From: Phycisphaeraceae bacterium
GTDB taxonomy: Bacteria > Planctomycetota > Phycisphaerae > Phycisphaerales > Zrk34
NCBI GenBank assembly: GCA_040905565.1
Contig: JBBDRF010000052.1
Location: 58,979-115,220 of the forward strand
DNA length: 56,242 nt
Reading direction: 5' to 3'
The notes beneath the pieces were generated by a model. It made no database searches, was not told where the DNA came from, and was given only the letters and a program-made list of their open reading frames with translations. A program made the translations under genes and the position numbers. Shown here one piece after another: positions 56,222-56,242 of the stretch. Within the stretch, counting starts at the first letter, position 1, and every line of letters starts with the position of its first letter.

Positions 56222-56242
56222 GGAGAAGTGGGGGGGACCCAC

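Overview
High-GC bacterial chromosomal window, most likely Planctomycetota class Phycisphaerae (inferred from the protein families and repeat types, not from a search). The left two thirds hold housekeeping and accessory genes: a stand-alone fusA with a long structured leader, a pseudouridine synthase, ispE, rodA, dnaE-ruvA, two CNNM/CBS genes, pgl, cstA, an HpnP-like hopanoid C-2 methylase, an HD-GYP protein, pfkB and a chlorite dismutase/ChdC-family gene. The right third is a flagellar block: MerR-like regulator, TPR protein, flgN, a kinase and sigma54 activator, then flgB-flgC-fliE-fliF-fliG-fliH-fliI-fliJ-(motE/ylxF-like)-fliK-flgD-TIGR02530-flgE-flbD, followed by xylA, a GlcG/HbpS gene, lipB and lpxA. 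No tRNA, rRNA, CRISPR array or transposase was seen. At least four families of short palindromic or tandem repeats fill the intergenic regions. Best leads: (1) a TIGR02530 protein with an RNase-like motif directly upstream of a tandem-hairpin RNA in the flgE leader; (2) a short upstream ORF with an A_AAA_AAG slippery site plus hairpin in front of EF-G; (3) a 123-bp palindromic element with a fixed-length variable core, one copy inserted in frame in a gene; (4) a perfect 68-bp direct repeat supplying the RBS and ATG to two unrelated adjacent genes; (5) hpnP in a probable planctomycete; (6) many apparently leaderless genes and one symmetric bidirectional -10 element. All protein calls come from motif recognition by eye.
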